From: Octopus sinensis
Taxonomy: Eukaryota
DNA: 64,000 nucleotides
NCBI RefSeq assembly: GCF_006345805.1
Contig: NC_042997.1
Coordinates: forward strand, 43,276,001-43,340,000
Reading direction: 5' to 3'
Positions 1 to 12,825 of this stretch are shown piece by piece. Made by a program: the position numbers and the translations under genes. Numbering within the stretch: position 1 is the stretch's first letter; each line of letters starts with the position of its first letter. The notes beneath the pieces were generated by a model, which was given only the letters and a program-made list of their open reading frames with translations, did not search any database and had not been told where the DNA came from.

Positions 1-282
1 CCCCTCAAATCTCAAGTTTTGGCCTTATGTTTGAAATAATTAGTATATTAGGGCAGTAGACCGGCAGAATCAAAAGAACGCCTGATAAAATGCCTCGCTT
101 TATTTGTCTGCTTCGTTACATTTTATGTTGAAATCCCATTTGTGACCAATAAAAGAAACTTTTATTTGTTTTGCCAAAGAACTGTCAAAATTTTTATAGA
201 ATTATTGAAAATCATCAAATGTTTTGACCTATTCTGAGGTTTCAGGCCATTGTGATCTTGAATCTTAATGAATGGTCAACAT

Positions 283-699
283 AGGCGCAGGAGTGGCTGT
301 GTGGTAAGTAGCTTGCTAACCAACCACATGGTTCCGGGTTCAGTCCCACTGCGTGGCATCTTGGGCAAGTGTCTTCTGCTATAGCCCCGGGCCGACCAAT
401 GCCTTGTGAGTGGATTTGGTAGACGGAAACTGAAAGAAGCCTGTCGTATATATGTATATATATATATATGTGTGTATGTGTGTGTGTGTTTGTGTGTGTG
501 AGTTTGTCCCCCTAGCATTGCTTGACAACCGATGCTGGTGTATTTACGTCCCCGTCACTTAGCGGTTCAGCAAAAGAGACCGATAGAATAAGTACTGGGC
601 TTACAAAGAATAAGTCCCGGGGTCGATTTGCTCAACTAAAGGTGGTGCTCCAGCATGGCCGCAGTCAAATGACTGAAACAAGTAAAAGAGTAAAAGAGT
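283..699 (+). mobile_element. tRNA-derived SINE, family A (full-length)
   Basis: Head GGCGCAGGAGTGGCTGTGTGG...GGTTCAGTCCC (A/B-box-like), CTTGGGCAAGTG core-like motif, internal (TA)n(TG)n tract and (GTAAAAGA)n tail; >10 near-identical copies in the window. Confidence 0.85.
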
Positions 700-837
700 A
701 TATGTATTTAATTATTCAGTCTGTCGTAACGAATCTAGAATAGCATATTTATGATTTAAGCCGTTGACTGTTATCCTCGATTTTTAAAAATCAGCAATGC
801 TATGTATGTAGACAAGGAGTATTATGGCAGTTACATG

Positions 838-1645
838 CAGGGCAGTGAATTGGTAGAATCAAAGAATACCGGACAAAATACCTTGTGAATTTCTTCTGGT
901 TTTAAACGTTCTGAAGGAGTTCAAATCCTGCTGAGGCCAATTAGCTTTCCATCCGTACAGAGACGATTAAACAGTACCAGTGAAATTCGGTGATTGATGT
1001 GTAATGGCGGATATTTATTTGTAAACATTATTATGAAATGTCGATGGAGGCAGCGGTAACGATATAAATGAGTTGTTTGTGTCCTCTTCATTGTTTAGTA
1101 GCAATTGCGGAGACAGATAGAATGATGTTGTCAGAGAACAGAATTAGAGCTAGAGAGAATTGTAGGGTCTTGTCTCACAGTTGCTTTTTCCCTTTGACCA
1201 AGGTTCTAGCTGGTCAGCCAGTCTTCGTTGAGTCGTCACGAGCTGCCTCGGTCAGTTGTCGACAAGTATCTAACTCCGTTGAGTCGTCACGACTGTGACG
1301 AACTGATTTTAGCTTGAAGTATTCTTGCTTTTATAACTATCCAGAAGGATAGATATATCATTGAGAACACTAGATTTAGTTAGTGGTCTTGTTTTCTCTA
1401 TTTCTAGCTTTTGGTGGAGTAGAAGAGGTTAGAGGGGGTCAAGTAGTGAAGACATTACTTCGGCCTAGCTAAAGGCATCTAGAAAATGTCATACTGCTGT
1501 CAGAGAAAAACCATTGTTCCACCGTGGGAACAGTTCTGTTGTAGCGTTAATTTAAATTTGGCTATGGTGGATCGAATCCGCTTCATGCTTGCAAGATTCA
1601 CTACAGATGTAATCGATTATTCCACTCTTCTCAAAACTGTTGGTG
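838..1645 (+). mobile_element. SINE family C, degenerate, split by a solo LTR
   Basis: GGCAGTGAATTGGTAGAATC...GAGTTCAAATCC...AGTACCAGT...GATG|TAATCGA matches the copies at 11310 and 44684 once 1000-1605 is removed. Confidence 0.65.
1000..1605 (-). mobile_element. Solo LTR (606 bp)
   Basis: TGTA...TACA termini; 4-bp TSD GATG (996-999 / 1606-1609); minus-strand TATAAAA and AATAAA signals; removing it restores the host SINE. Confidence 0.8.
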
Positions 1646-1904
1646 TCTACATAATTTACGAACAATTATAATAGTTACAATTCAAAAAACAGCATACTGT
1701 CATATAGGGTGGACCTGCAACAGTCCAGTTCGCTTATCTGTGCAGCGGCATGACAAGATAGATGCTATCGTTTAAAACAGACATAGCATTGTATATGTGA
1801 CGAATGTCTGTCACTTTGTATTTACGACGTCAAATCCAAATCCTACGACTCGCAGTTTCGCAAGAGATAAGTCCTACCACACTGACTGGTCGCGTGCAGA
1901 CACA

Positions 1905-1952
<48 letters not shown>

Positions 1953-2176
1953 CAGTGGCGACTCTGGCACTCGGGCTGTTCGGGCTAATCTCCAGTATAA
2001 ATTTAGTAAAGTGAACGTGTATTTGCGAGCTGATTTAATTTCTGCCAACACTGACTTCAAGTATGTCATAGCATCCAATAACTCGGGCTTCTTCTATTAA
2101 GCCTGGTTGCAGTTCATTTATTTTGGTTCAGCGTCTGGCTGTCGTCTTAGGGGTGCCTTGTGTCAAAAAATATCAT

Positions 2177-2249
2177 TCGTAGCAGACGTTCTCTCGACAT
2201 CGTAGCAGACGTTCTCTCGACATCGTAGCAGACGTTCTCTCGACATCGT
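2177..2249. repeat. Tandem repeat, 23 bp x 3
   Basis: TCGTAGCAGACGTTCTCTCGACA repeated three times exactly. Confidence 0.95.
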
Positions 2250-2574
2250 TCACATGCGCTTGACTTGGGCTCAAAAGTTACAGCCCGAGATGTTATCTAT
2301 AATCGTAAAAATTAAAAGTAATTCGAATTCAATGTTTTCTTCAAACAATAAATTTCTGTAGAGGTTAGGATTTAAATTCCAGTCTATGAAAAGTTTCTGT
2401 TCTACAATATTTTTAAAGGAACGAAAAATTATCCAGCTAATACGAACGAGCCTGGTAGGTGTAAAGGACTAACTGACATCTCTTGTCAACAGTACAGGCA
2501 ACAGTCAGATCGCTAATGTTTGTTGTGTACTCCGCTGTCTCTGTATTCGCTTGTTGTTCACTACTCTTTCTATA

Positions 2575-3241
2575 CTACTACTATGGCAATCCCTCAAGGT
2601 CGAGGATGATGGTCTTCGCACAAATTTATTGGTGAGTCCGCAAGTGACTGATAAGACCAATTCTTGCTCGAAAAGATCGGTCACAGTGCGGACATCTAGT
2701 GCCGGAAGTCGCACGTGGTTGTTGTTGGCGCTCCTTCCGTCGTCGTCTTTTCTCCTCTAGCTCTGCAGACATTTTCGACTCGAAATTCGCCGTTCCCTCA
2801 TGGATGGTGGTTTTCCAGAGTGGTCTGTTTTTTGCCGTTTCCTCCCAGTTGGTGAAGTCAATGTCACACTTTTTGAGGTTCGATTTCAGGGAGTCCTTGT
2901 AGCGTTTCTTCTGGCCTCCTTTTGTACGCTTGCCGTCTTTGAGTTGGGAGTAGAAGATCTGTTTGGGAAGTCGTTCGTCAGTCATTCTCACCACGTGGCC
3001 GCTCCATCTTAGTTGGCCTTTGATGATATAGGCTTCGATGCTGGTCATTTTTGCTTCTTGTAGCACGCTGACGTTAGTTCTTCTGTCTTCCCAGCTGATG
3101 TTGAGGATCTTCCGAAGACAGCGTTGGTGAAATTTCTCGAGCGTTTTCAGGTGGTGACTATACGGGGTCCAGGTTTCGGATGCGTAAAGGAGGGTTGGAA
3201 TAATGACTGCCCTGTACACCATGAGTTTGGTTTCGGTTCGA
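2575..3241 (-). mobile_element. 5'-truncated RTE-clade LINE, C-terminal ORF with C2H2 zinc finger
   Basis: ORF 2626-3222: LLYASETW...QLRWSGHVVRM..RLPKQIFY..G.R.KGGQKKRYKD...CPHCDRSF...HLRTH; (TAG)n tail; approximate 12-bp TSD ACTCTTT(C/A)TATA (2563-2574 / 3242-3253). Confidence 0.9.
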
Positions 3242-3517
3242 ACTCTTTATATATAAACCGTGATTAGCATTATCAAAGCTTGACTGATTCTCAGTCAGCA
3301 ATTTCGCATTCGTGAGAATTTTAGCTAAAGTCAGTCAAAGAATATGATTTATAGTTGTTGATCATCATTGGTTAGATATTTCTTGACGTCACCACTTCCA
3401 AAAATTCCTAGAAAAGCATCGGCCACATTTTTACTGACGTGACGAAGTACCAGTTAGAAAATTTCATGTTTGGAAACCAAAAAGTTCTGAATTTGGATCA
3501 TGGTGTAGATCTGCTAC

Positions 3518-3555
3518 TCACACACACACAAACGCACACACAAACGCACACACAA

Positions 3556-3635
<80 letters not shown>
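3518..3635. repeat. (CA)n microsatellite
   Basis: Long CA array with CAAACG variants. Similar CA/TA/ATC/ATT arrays occur throughout (e.g. 1900, 19001, 24199, 44638, 44900, 46155). Confidence 0.95.
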
Positions 3636-3639
<4 letters not shown>

Positions 3640-3917
3640 GCCGGCTGAATTCACCAACGAATTGCTGCTCAACTCACGTCGAACCGTTTACGCTAGATGA
3701 AAATATGACAAACTTACCATCTCATGACTCGTGTAGGACATTTCGCTTGACGAACATTCTAGTACCTCCAAGCAGTGCTTTCTCGACATTGGATCCAGCG
3801 GCATTGCCACTCAACATGGCTGCATACAATCCTACTAACCCTCGAGAAATTCATTTTTGCCGCTCTGATGGTTTTTAAATGTTCCACTGCAGTCATTTAC
3901 TGCACTGTCTTCATAGC

Positions 3918-4296
3918 GTGGAGGCGCAATGGCCCAGTGGTTAGGGCAGCAGACTCGCGGTTTCGATTCCCAGACCGGGCGTTGTGAGTGTTTATTGAGC
4001 GAAAACACCTAAAAGCTCCACGAGGCTCCGGCAGGGGATGGTGGCGATCCCTGCTGTACTCTTTCATCACAACTTTCTCTCACTCTTACTTCCTGTTTCT
4101 GTTGTACCTGTATTTCAAGGGGCCGGCCTTGTCACTCTCTGTGTCACGCTGAATATCCCCGAGAACTACGTTAAGGGTGCACGTGTCTGTGGAGTGCTCA
4201 GCCACTTACACGTTAATTTCACGAGCAGGCTGTTCCGTTGATTCGGATCAACCGGAACCCTCGTCGTCGTAACCGACGGAGTGCTTCCCCCTCCCT
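3918..4296 (+). mobile_element. tRNA-derived SINE, family B
   Basis: Head GGCGCAATGGCCCAGTGGTTAGGGCAGC...GGTTTCGATTCC; 13-bp TSD CTGTCTTCATAGC (3905-3917 / 4297-4309); second copy at 5849-6240. Confidence 0.9.
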
Positions 4297-4655
4297 CTGT
4301 CTTCATAGCATCAAAATTTCAGCAACCAACACGTGCACAGTGAAAAACCGCTAAAATGAACAGCTCAAGACTAACCGCGCGAAATGCAGACAACGTGTAT
4401 CTCTTACCACTTGCATCAACCACCACGAGACGAGAGAAGACTACTGATGACTCGAGCTGACTTTCATTGTTGCTCGACATAGCAGTTGATTCTGCACGTC
4501 ATTTGCCAAGAGAACTTTTTCGCCACAACTTACAAATGACCACTATGCATCTTTTTATATCTTTTCTGCACACAGAAAGAACACTTTTCCATGCTTTTTC
4601 GCCTTATGTCTAACCAGCAACTTTATCTACAAGACCTCGTTATGGTCGCGTTGAA

Positions 4656-5761
4656 TCTCTCTCTCTATAAAATTCTTTGTCTGTCTGTCTGCCTGTCTGT
4701 TCCCTATGCATTCTCAAACGGCTCCACCAAATCAAATCAAATTTTACAAGGTAATAGTATTACACGCCACGAGTGTCAACTAGTAATTTTTATTTTCATT
4801 TGGATTGAAACGATATAACATTTTCTCGAAAATAATCTTTCTATAGTTGTCTATAGTAACGGACATTTTATATCACGACGACGACATCACATTTTATATA
4901 TGAGTTTGAGAGTGTGTGTGTGTGTGTGTCTGTGTGTGTGTCTGTGTGTGTGTCTGTGTGTTTGTGCGTTCGTTACGTACGAGATAGTAAAGGACATTTT
5001 ATACCACGACGACGACGACGACTGCGTCACATCTCTACCATTCTCTCTTCATTTTGTCTAGTGCTTACCGTTGTAACGATGTCTGGTACCAAACAAATTA
5101 TTACAGCTACTTTCATTGTTACAATCTTCTGCACCGGTGTATTTGTGTCAGTAAATAACCATGCATAAATATTTCGTAAAAGACTCGTTCGTACCCTGGT
5201 GTGAAGTAATTTTTCCCACAGGATTTTTCGAGTGCATTCAACGTATCTAATCTCCAAATCCGTCGCAAGCCACTTCTTTTTCCGGAAAACAAAATGGGGG
5301 CGGGGTCACAAAATTTTATCGGCGGGTCCTTCATCGCAAATAGCTGTTACATGGTAGTAGGGCATGCTAGAAATAACAAAATCTTCCTTTTCTGGGGAAA
5401 GAAGCCGTTTACGCGTGATTTTGAAGTCACATTCGTTGAAAGTATGCGAAATAACCAGGAAAAGAAAAGAAAAACCCGCGAAACAAAACTCTGTTGGTGG
5501 AAAACTCCGAGGTCTCCTCCCACCACACTTCATTTTCTGGAAAAAAAAAGTGGCATGCAGCGGGTTTGGGGGTCAGATACGTTGAATGCACTCGAAAAAC
5601 CGCGTGGAAAAAATTATTTCACACCGAGGTACGAATTGATCATTTACGAAATATTTACCTAACCATGCCCAGAAGGAAGGTGTCAAATTACACTACAAGC
5701 AAAGAATACTGTGTTGAGGCTATGAGTTTACAACCCGAGTGAAACCGGGTCCTTCCACTTG
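4656..5761 (+). mobile_element. Non-autonomous Helitron-like element
   Basis: 5' A|TC.. followed by (GTCT)n; 3' hairpin CCCGAGTGAAACCGGG followed by CTTG|T; shares internal modules with 20061-20964. Confidence 0.65.
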
Positions 5762-5848
5762 TGTAGGCGTAAGTTTTTACGGCTTAATTGCGCACGGCAT
5801 CTCTCTTACTCCTTTCTTCCAAAATACACTACCTGGTCAAATGATACT

Positions 5849-6240
5849 GGGATGGAAGCACTCCGTCGGTTACGACGATGAGGGTTCTGGTTGATCCGAA
5901 TCAACGGAACAGCCTGCTCGTGAAATTAACGTGTAAGTGGCTGAGCACTCCACAGACACGTGTACCCTTAACGTAGTTCTCGGGGATATTCAGCGTGACA
6001 CAGAGAGTGACAAGGCCGGCCCCTTGAAATACAGGTACAATAGAAACAGGAAGTAAGAGTGAGAGAAAGTTGTGGTGAAAGAGCACAGCAGGGATCACCA
6101 CCCTCCCCTGCCGGAGCCTCGTGGAGCTTTTTTAGGTGTTTTCGCTCAATAAACACTCACAACGCTCGGTCTGGGAATCGAAACCGCGATCCTACGACCG
6201 CGAGTCCGCTGCCCTAACCACCGGGCCATTGCGCCTCCAC
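5849..6240 (-). mobile_element. tRNA-derived SINE, family B (full head)
   Basis: Reverse complement of 3918-4296; 11-bp TSD CAAATGATACT (5838-5848 / 6241-6251). Confidence 0.9.
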
Positions 6241-7730
6241 CAAATGATACTAGCCACACTTCTAATCAATATACACCCGCAATACAAGTATCATCGCAAT
6301 ACCAAAAGTGAAATGAAGGAAAAAGACAAACATTTTCACTAACGTAAACTGTTGACTCTTACATCCAACAGGGACTCTTTGGTGAACCTTTTTTTTTATT
6401 CCATGGACAATTGTCTTTTATTTGTTAAATGTACATTTTGCATTTATATTTCTGTTGTCCATGTTGTTTTCTCCTTGTATTGCGTATTTCCTTCTCTATC
6501 GTGACCCCCTTGTCTCCGCACAACTCATCTAGAGGAAGGCCGGTGCAGCAGTGGATTCGATACCGCGTTTTGTCACATACAAATCTCAGACCACAATTCA
6601 TTCATAGTTTGATCAGGTACACAACCGAGATTCTATCCAATTAACGGCTGTTGTTCACGTTATGATTCTACAGCTCGTCCAGACCTCTCCGTGTACAAAG
6701 GCTATGAGATACAGCCAATAAAGCCACCAATTTCACAGTGTCGCAGACATTGAAGCCAGCATGACATTCTCTACTCTCACCACTTTCAGAGTGTCTTGAG
6801 TCGAGTTTGAATTCCACTCTCCATATAACTTTCCTCACGGCTACTTATTCGATCCAGGATAATCGAAGCAGACATGATAGGTAAGAACCAGCACAAGTGT
6901 TGCATCTCGAATAGAAATTTATCTTGCATCTCATATTACGAGGTTTCATCTTACAGCTTCCGTTAATTGTATTGCATCAACAAATTTCCTATCAACAAAT
7001 GAATCATGTTCCAAATCCGTGTTACACCCTACTTTTTTTCACACCTTTTATGTAATTCCTCATTGTATATTCCTGCACCTCCTCGATGATTTTGTCAACC
7101 ATTGTAATTAATAAAGTTACTGGAGTGGATCTAATAGTCCTATAATGCATCCTAGATATGAAAAAGGCGTATAGATGCATGCACACACAGTTAAAGTTCA
7201 TAAAAGTGAAAACAATCTGAGATAGCTAAACTGTCTTAGATGCATTTTCCTGAAAACAAAACTAAGGTGGTTATGGCTGGCAAACTTTTAATCGTCAGTC
7301 TGATCAATCAGAGATGAACAACAGCCATAAATGAGCCCAGCCGTTCCAATGGATACAGTGCTGTTCAATATATTAAAAATAAATTTATTAGAAACAAATT
7401 AGGTCATTATATTGTCTGTATGTGTAAGGTACAAATCAGTTGAATTAATCCGAATATAAAATTAATTTTATCGATTCCAGCGAGATAACAACTCGGAGCG
7501 GATCTGAAAGCGCATTGTTATTTAACCTTATTCTTTTGTATGACTGATAGTTTATTTAAATAGAATCGCTGAACATATGTTTCCATGAAATGTATGTCAA
7601 TCGAAGTATAAAATGAACTAAAACAAATTACTGAAAAAGATGAATGCCAGAAATCTTGATAAATTAAGGGATGATGTACTGGAAGCCTTGTGAAAATCTA
7701 AAAACAAAAACTTAATTGGATTTTCCTTTT

Positions 7731-8150
7731 AGGCGCAGGAGTGGCTGTGTGGTAAGTAGCTTGCTTACCAACCACATGGTTCCGGGTTCAGTCCCACTGC
7801 GTGGCATCTTGGGCAAGTGTCTTCTGCTATAGCCTCGGGCCGACCAAAGCCTTGTGAGTGGATTTGGTAGACGGAAACTGAAAGATGCCTGTCGTATATA
7901 TGTATATATATATATATGTGTGTGTGTGCGTGTGTGTTAGTGTGTCTGTGTTTGTCCCCCTAGCATTGCTTGACAACCGATGCTGGTGTGTTTATGTCCC
8001 CGTTACTTAGCGGTTCGGCAAAAGAGACCGATAGAATAAGTACTGGGCTTACAAAGAATAAGTCCCGGGATCGAGTTGCTCGACTAAAGGTGGTGCTCCA
8101 GCATGGCCGCAGTCAAATGACTGAAACAAGTAAAAGAGTAAAGAGTAAAG
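7731..8150 (+). mobile_element. SINE family A
   Basis: Near-identical to 283-699. Confidence 0.9.
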
Positions 8151-8159
8151 AAAGAGTTA

Positions 8160-10740
8160 GGTTGAAAGAAAACAAAAAGCTAAGAGAAGGGGAAGGGAAT
8201 TCTGACCTATGTTTGCAGGAAAGGGACATGAGGACCTCGTCAACATATTATCTACTCAAGCCTGCTTGACCAATTGATAAAGCTGCAACTGGCATGCGAG
8301 GAGGTGTTTTGGTCGCTGAGAGAAGAGTTCCAAGCATGAGTGTACGGAAGAGCCACAACTGTGAATCAGAGAAAAGTGGATGTTCCCTGGATGATAGAGG
8401 GCAAGGATTTCTGTCTAGTGTTTAGGGTAAGCGATGGACAGTTGAATAATGAGCAGTTATAAAAAGATAAGAACCAAATTCGAAAGCGAGATGGAGAGGT
8501 GAATTGAAGGAGGTATTTTAATGCAATGGAGGAAGAGGTGGAGAGTGGGGTGCTGCCACTGGCCGCAGTTGTTCAACCAACAAATAAGAAAATGCGATCA
8601 GTGCTGAATTTTCTCCATTGGTGGAGAGACCGTAGACGTGTGTGGGGAGACTTTGAGCGAGTGAAGATAAATGGCAAGGGCTTCTATGATAGCAGATTTG
8701 AAGTCAGCCTATCTACAATCTTACATAGTCGAAAAGTTGAGGACATACAAGCTGGTGAAGTATAGGGATAAGATTACTGCCTAGAAGGTTTGGATTTGAA
8801 CTTAACTTTGTGCCGTAGATCATGGCAGCAATCTTCAAGATGGTGCCAGGGAAGATGAACAGAGTAAAAGGGCCAATACCTCTGTAGTGACGTCATATTC
8901 CAGTGTGCGCACATGCAACGTCATTCTTCAGTGTGCGTGTGCGGTACGTCCTTCTTCAGTGTGCGTGTGCGGGATTGGAACCTTCTGGAACCTTCTGGAA
9001 AGGCATAAGGAAGTTCCCCCATGCACATGCGCTAGAGACTGAAGAAGAAATTCTATCGCGTTCCTTAATAGCGTCGGGGACTTGAGACACGGCGATAGAA
9101 GAGAAAGGACGTATTTTCAAACGTGTGATCAGCCTATTCTCCTGTCCCAGACGCTTAGGATTTAACCTGTTCTGTTGCTGCTGAATTGTTGTAAGAAGCT
9201 TACAAACGTTAGAATTCAGCCTTGCTGTGTTGAACTAGGTGGATACCAGTATACCATCGTGCTTCATTGTTGAATAAGAGAATAAAGAATTGTATATATT
9301 TTTAAACTTGCGTTTCGTTCCTGACTGGTAGTTTCTAGAAACAAAAAGAAAGGAAATTGTGTTGCACCCAAGTTGCACCCCAAAAGTGTAAAGAAGCAAC
9401 CAGTTCCCTTTACACCTCCTACGTAGATGATATCTTGGTGAACGAGAAAGTGGTGTCGGCAGATGGAGATGTAGGTCATCTGAAGAGGTTAGGGTTGAAA
9501 GGAATTTATGGTAGAAGAGCAGCGTTGGGACTGAGGTTGAGAAAAAGGCAGTTCAGGTGATCTGGTGTTTCAGAGAAGGAATGAGATTCTGGACCTTAAC
9601 GAACGATCTTAAGTCGTCTGGAGCTGTTTTTGCTGTGTTGGCAACTGATGGGGACTAGCTTACTGCTGAGTGGTTCCGAATTGCATGCAGCTATGTGAAG
9701 AGGAGAACAAGAGGAATGAGCTAGGGATATAAAGTTGGAGAAAGGACCGTTGAAAATAAGGATATCGTCGAGATAGTGAATAAGAATGATCTAGTGAAAG
9801 GAAATCGGTATGTGTCGAAGTCAGAGAAAGGTGTTGTATGGCGTGATGTTAGTGGCATAACGAGGGGAATTGTCCTGGAAATAGGCGCAGAAGATGCACC
9901 TTGACTTAGAAAGACAACTGCAACCTCATCAATGTAGCCAAACTTAATGTCGGGTTGAAAGGAGTAAATTTAGTTTTCAAGAGGGATGTGCGTGATCTCC
10001 AAATTAGGACTTATTTGGTTATTGATCTTGAGCGGCATCAGTAGTAAGCAGTGAGGAGAGAATCCAGAGAACGGGAGCTGCTGAGATGCCTAGGGGTAAA
10101 GCGATGCCTAAGGGTCTTTGGAGAAGTGATAAAAGAATTTGATCTGCAGCTGCGAGTAGCTCCTGAGGTCTCGGAGAAAATAAGGTAGAGATCCTTACTA
10201 GGGTGAGGAAAATCTAGGTGGGGCTGTGAGGGGAATTAAGGAGCGGTATGCCCGCAGCGTGCTACTTGGATGACCTCGAGTTGAAGAGGAATCACAACAT
10301 GCATCATATAATGGAGTGGGACAGAAATTTAGTTTTAGCTAGAACGGTTGACCCCATTGCCAATGGAGAATGTCCGAAGGTGGTTAGAAACTGTGATAGG
10401 TGTCAATCGATCGACTTCACGCCAAGTGTGCATGAGAATAGAACAATTCGAGTGAGAAGCAACTGGAAACAGTTGATAGTGGATATGACGCACTCTCAGC
10501 CAGGGTTGTATCCCACAATTATTGACTGCAGACCTGGGCGAGCAGCTATGTGGAAGGAGATTAGTGCAGAAGCTGCAGTTGAAATTACGAGAATTCTGAA
10601 CAAGATATTTTTGGAGAAGGGCCAAGGGGATGAGGTACTAACGATCAACAGTACTGTGTTTTGTTCAAAGTCAGAGATAGGCCCTGGACAAGTGGAAGGT
10701 CAGACGCTACTTTAAAACCACGTACAGGCTGAGTGGCAAT
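8160..10740 (+). mobile_element. Decayed Gypsy-like LTR retrotransposon pol remnant
   Basis: RT-like LPLAAVVQPTNKKMRSVLNF; TSYVDDILV (after removing the nested LTR); integrase-like H..HH...CDRC..WKQLIVDMTH..IIDC (ORF 10248-10715); many stops and frameshifts. Confidence 0.7.
8883..9414 (+). mobile_element. Solo LTR (532 bp) nested in the Gypsy RT
   Basis: TGTA...TACA termini; 4-bp TSD CCTC (8879-8882 / 9415-9418); AATAAA at ~9281. Confidence 0.85.
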
Positions 10741-11104
10741 TCATGCAATGACAGGAATTTGAACGAGGAATAGTGAAAGGTAAAGTTTATCTATGTGTGG
10801 ATGTGTACTCGGGACGTAAAGAATCAGAACAAATACTACAGGGTATTTTGTCCATTGCAGTAACGATTCTGCCAATTCCGCTCTTTTGTCTTTAAATAAA
10901 TGGTTTCTAATTTAAGCACAAAACCTGCAATTTTGAGGGGAAGGGCAATAGTTGATCAATCCTAGTACTTGACTGATACTTTATTTTATCGACCCAGAGA
11001 ATAAACGTGAGATTTGAACTCAAAACGAAAATATCACTAGGTATTTGGTGCAATGTTCTAACGATTCTTCAAATCCACCTCTCACGTCTTTATATAAATA
11101 ATCC

Positions 11105-11495
11105 TTTCTACTAAATTTTGTGGGGAGGGAAGATAGTCATTTATATCTACCCAAGTGCTCAACTGGTGCTTAATTTATCGATCTCGGGCGGATGAAGGGC
11201 AAAGTCAACCTCAGCAGCGGAATTTGAACGCAGTACTTAAACTCGGAAGAAATATTGTCAAGCGTTTTGTCCGGCGCATTATCGATTCTGCTAGCTCACT
11301 GCCTCCTAGATGAGCTAGCAGAACTTGTTACCGCGCCAGGCAAAACGCTACGACGCATTTACGTTCTGAGTTCGAATTTCATCGAGGTCGACTTTGCCTT
11401 TCATCCTTTCCGGGCCGATAAAATAAGTACGAGTTGAGCAATGGGGCCGATGTAATCGACTTATCCCCTCCCCCGAAATTGCTGGCCTTGTGGGA
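11105..11495. mobile_element. Two divergently oriented SINE family C copies (11105-11302 minus, 11310-11495 plus)
   Basis: GAGCTAGCAGAA...GTTCTGAGTTCGAAT...GAGGTCGACTTTGCCTTTCATCCTTTC motif occurs on both strands. Confidence 0.7.
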
Positions 11496-12825
11496 AATGA
11501 GATACGAGAAAGGTAATTTATTTTATAAAATCCTAGAGTGTATAGCAAACTTTCGTTCTTAAATTTTTAAAGCTAATAAATGTCTGCTCTAAACAATGTT
11601 TTGACTGTTGTTTCTAGCAACTCCTGTTGGTTTGTTCGTAGCTTTTAAATATTTAATTTACTCGCGAATGTTTTCATGTTTTTCAATGTTTATTGTAGCT
11701 AGTTTAATGTTTTGACATGCCGATGCCTCCCCGCCCCCATGATGGAAGAGGCAGCAAACGTGCTGTTTTCTGATTGGCTGAAAATTTTGAAAATTATCAA
11801 ACTTTGAACACCTGTAACATTTTTGCAAAATTCTTCCGGAATAAATGAATAACGATTTCGGATTCATCGTCAAAAATTACATTTATATGATACATTAAAG
11901 ATTCAGGTTTTGCGATTATTTAATCGACAATATCACTCCTCCAAAATACGATACAGTATGCTTATGTGCTAAAAATCAATATTTAACTATTATTGACGTC
12001 ATAAGAAGTTATAAACTTCGAGAGAATGTGATATAATCTTTTTAGCTTCAACCCAATATTTACACGCTGTTGTTTATAGCTTTATATGCTTCGAGATCCA
12101 CAGTTCCAAAAAAAAAACAAAAACTATTAACTATATTTGGCAGATTTATTTATTTCAAATACTCTCTCTCTCTCTCTCTTCTTTTTTCTTTCTTTCTTTT
12201 TGTTTCTCTATCTCGTGATCAACATTGCTTCAACATGTACAAAGCTCCGGGAATTTGAAAGAAAATTGGACCATGTGGAGAAGAGCAAAGATTTAAGATT
12301 CAACTACAAGCAAAACGAAAGAAAACATGAAAAACAAGAAAGAGAAAGGAATGTTGCCATTGTGATTACTGAAGAAGAACTGAGACAAGACTGAAGGAAA
12401 CCGAATATGGGTTTCGAATTTTGGCACAAGGCCAGCAATTTCAGGGGAGGAGATAAGTTTATTACACCGACTCCAGTGTTCAACTGGTACTTATTTTATC
12501 TTCTTTTAAGTTCTGTTAGATATTGTTAATTCTTGCTTTAACACACTTCCAGTAGCCAAAATCTTCACCTAAAGACAACAAACAGATTCTTTTCAAAATA
12601 TGCTCATTTGTTAATATACACCTTCACTTTGGAAACATTTTGTCCGGTATTTCACTTTTGTCTAAATCTGCTCAATCGAAGAATGGCAGCGAAAATACAT
12701 CGCTAAGATAGCTTATAGTAGCGAGGTTTCTTGACATTTTTTATCAAATAAAAAAATTGATAACGAGAACTGTTGCTTAATTGCTTTGTTCGTCTGGCAT
12801 TGGTTTTACTAATATAAACTACATC

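Noticed and set aside
283-360. tRNA-like sequences at SINE heads (also ~6165-6238)
   Set aside because: They continue into SINE bodies with tails and TSDs, and the acceptor stems are imperfect; not called tRNA genes.
276-743. Recurrent ORFs such as MTTDAGVF.. and ..RHWSARGYSRRHLPK.. in many places
   Set aside because: They are translations of non-coding SINE A copies, not a gene family.
2177-2249. Possible CRISPR-like repeat
   Set aside because: No spacers, eukaryotic context, no cas genes.
3918-6240. Composite transposon bounded by inverted SINE B copies
   Set aside because: Each SINE has its own distinct TSD, so these are independent insertions.
12137-12394. Charged coiled-coil-like ORF
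   Set aside because: Purine-rich low-complexity sequence, no convincing splice sites, no recognisable family.
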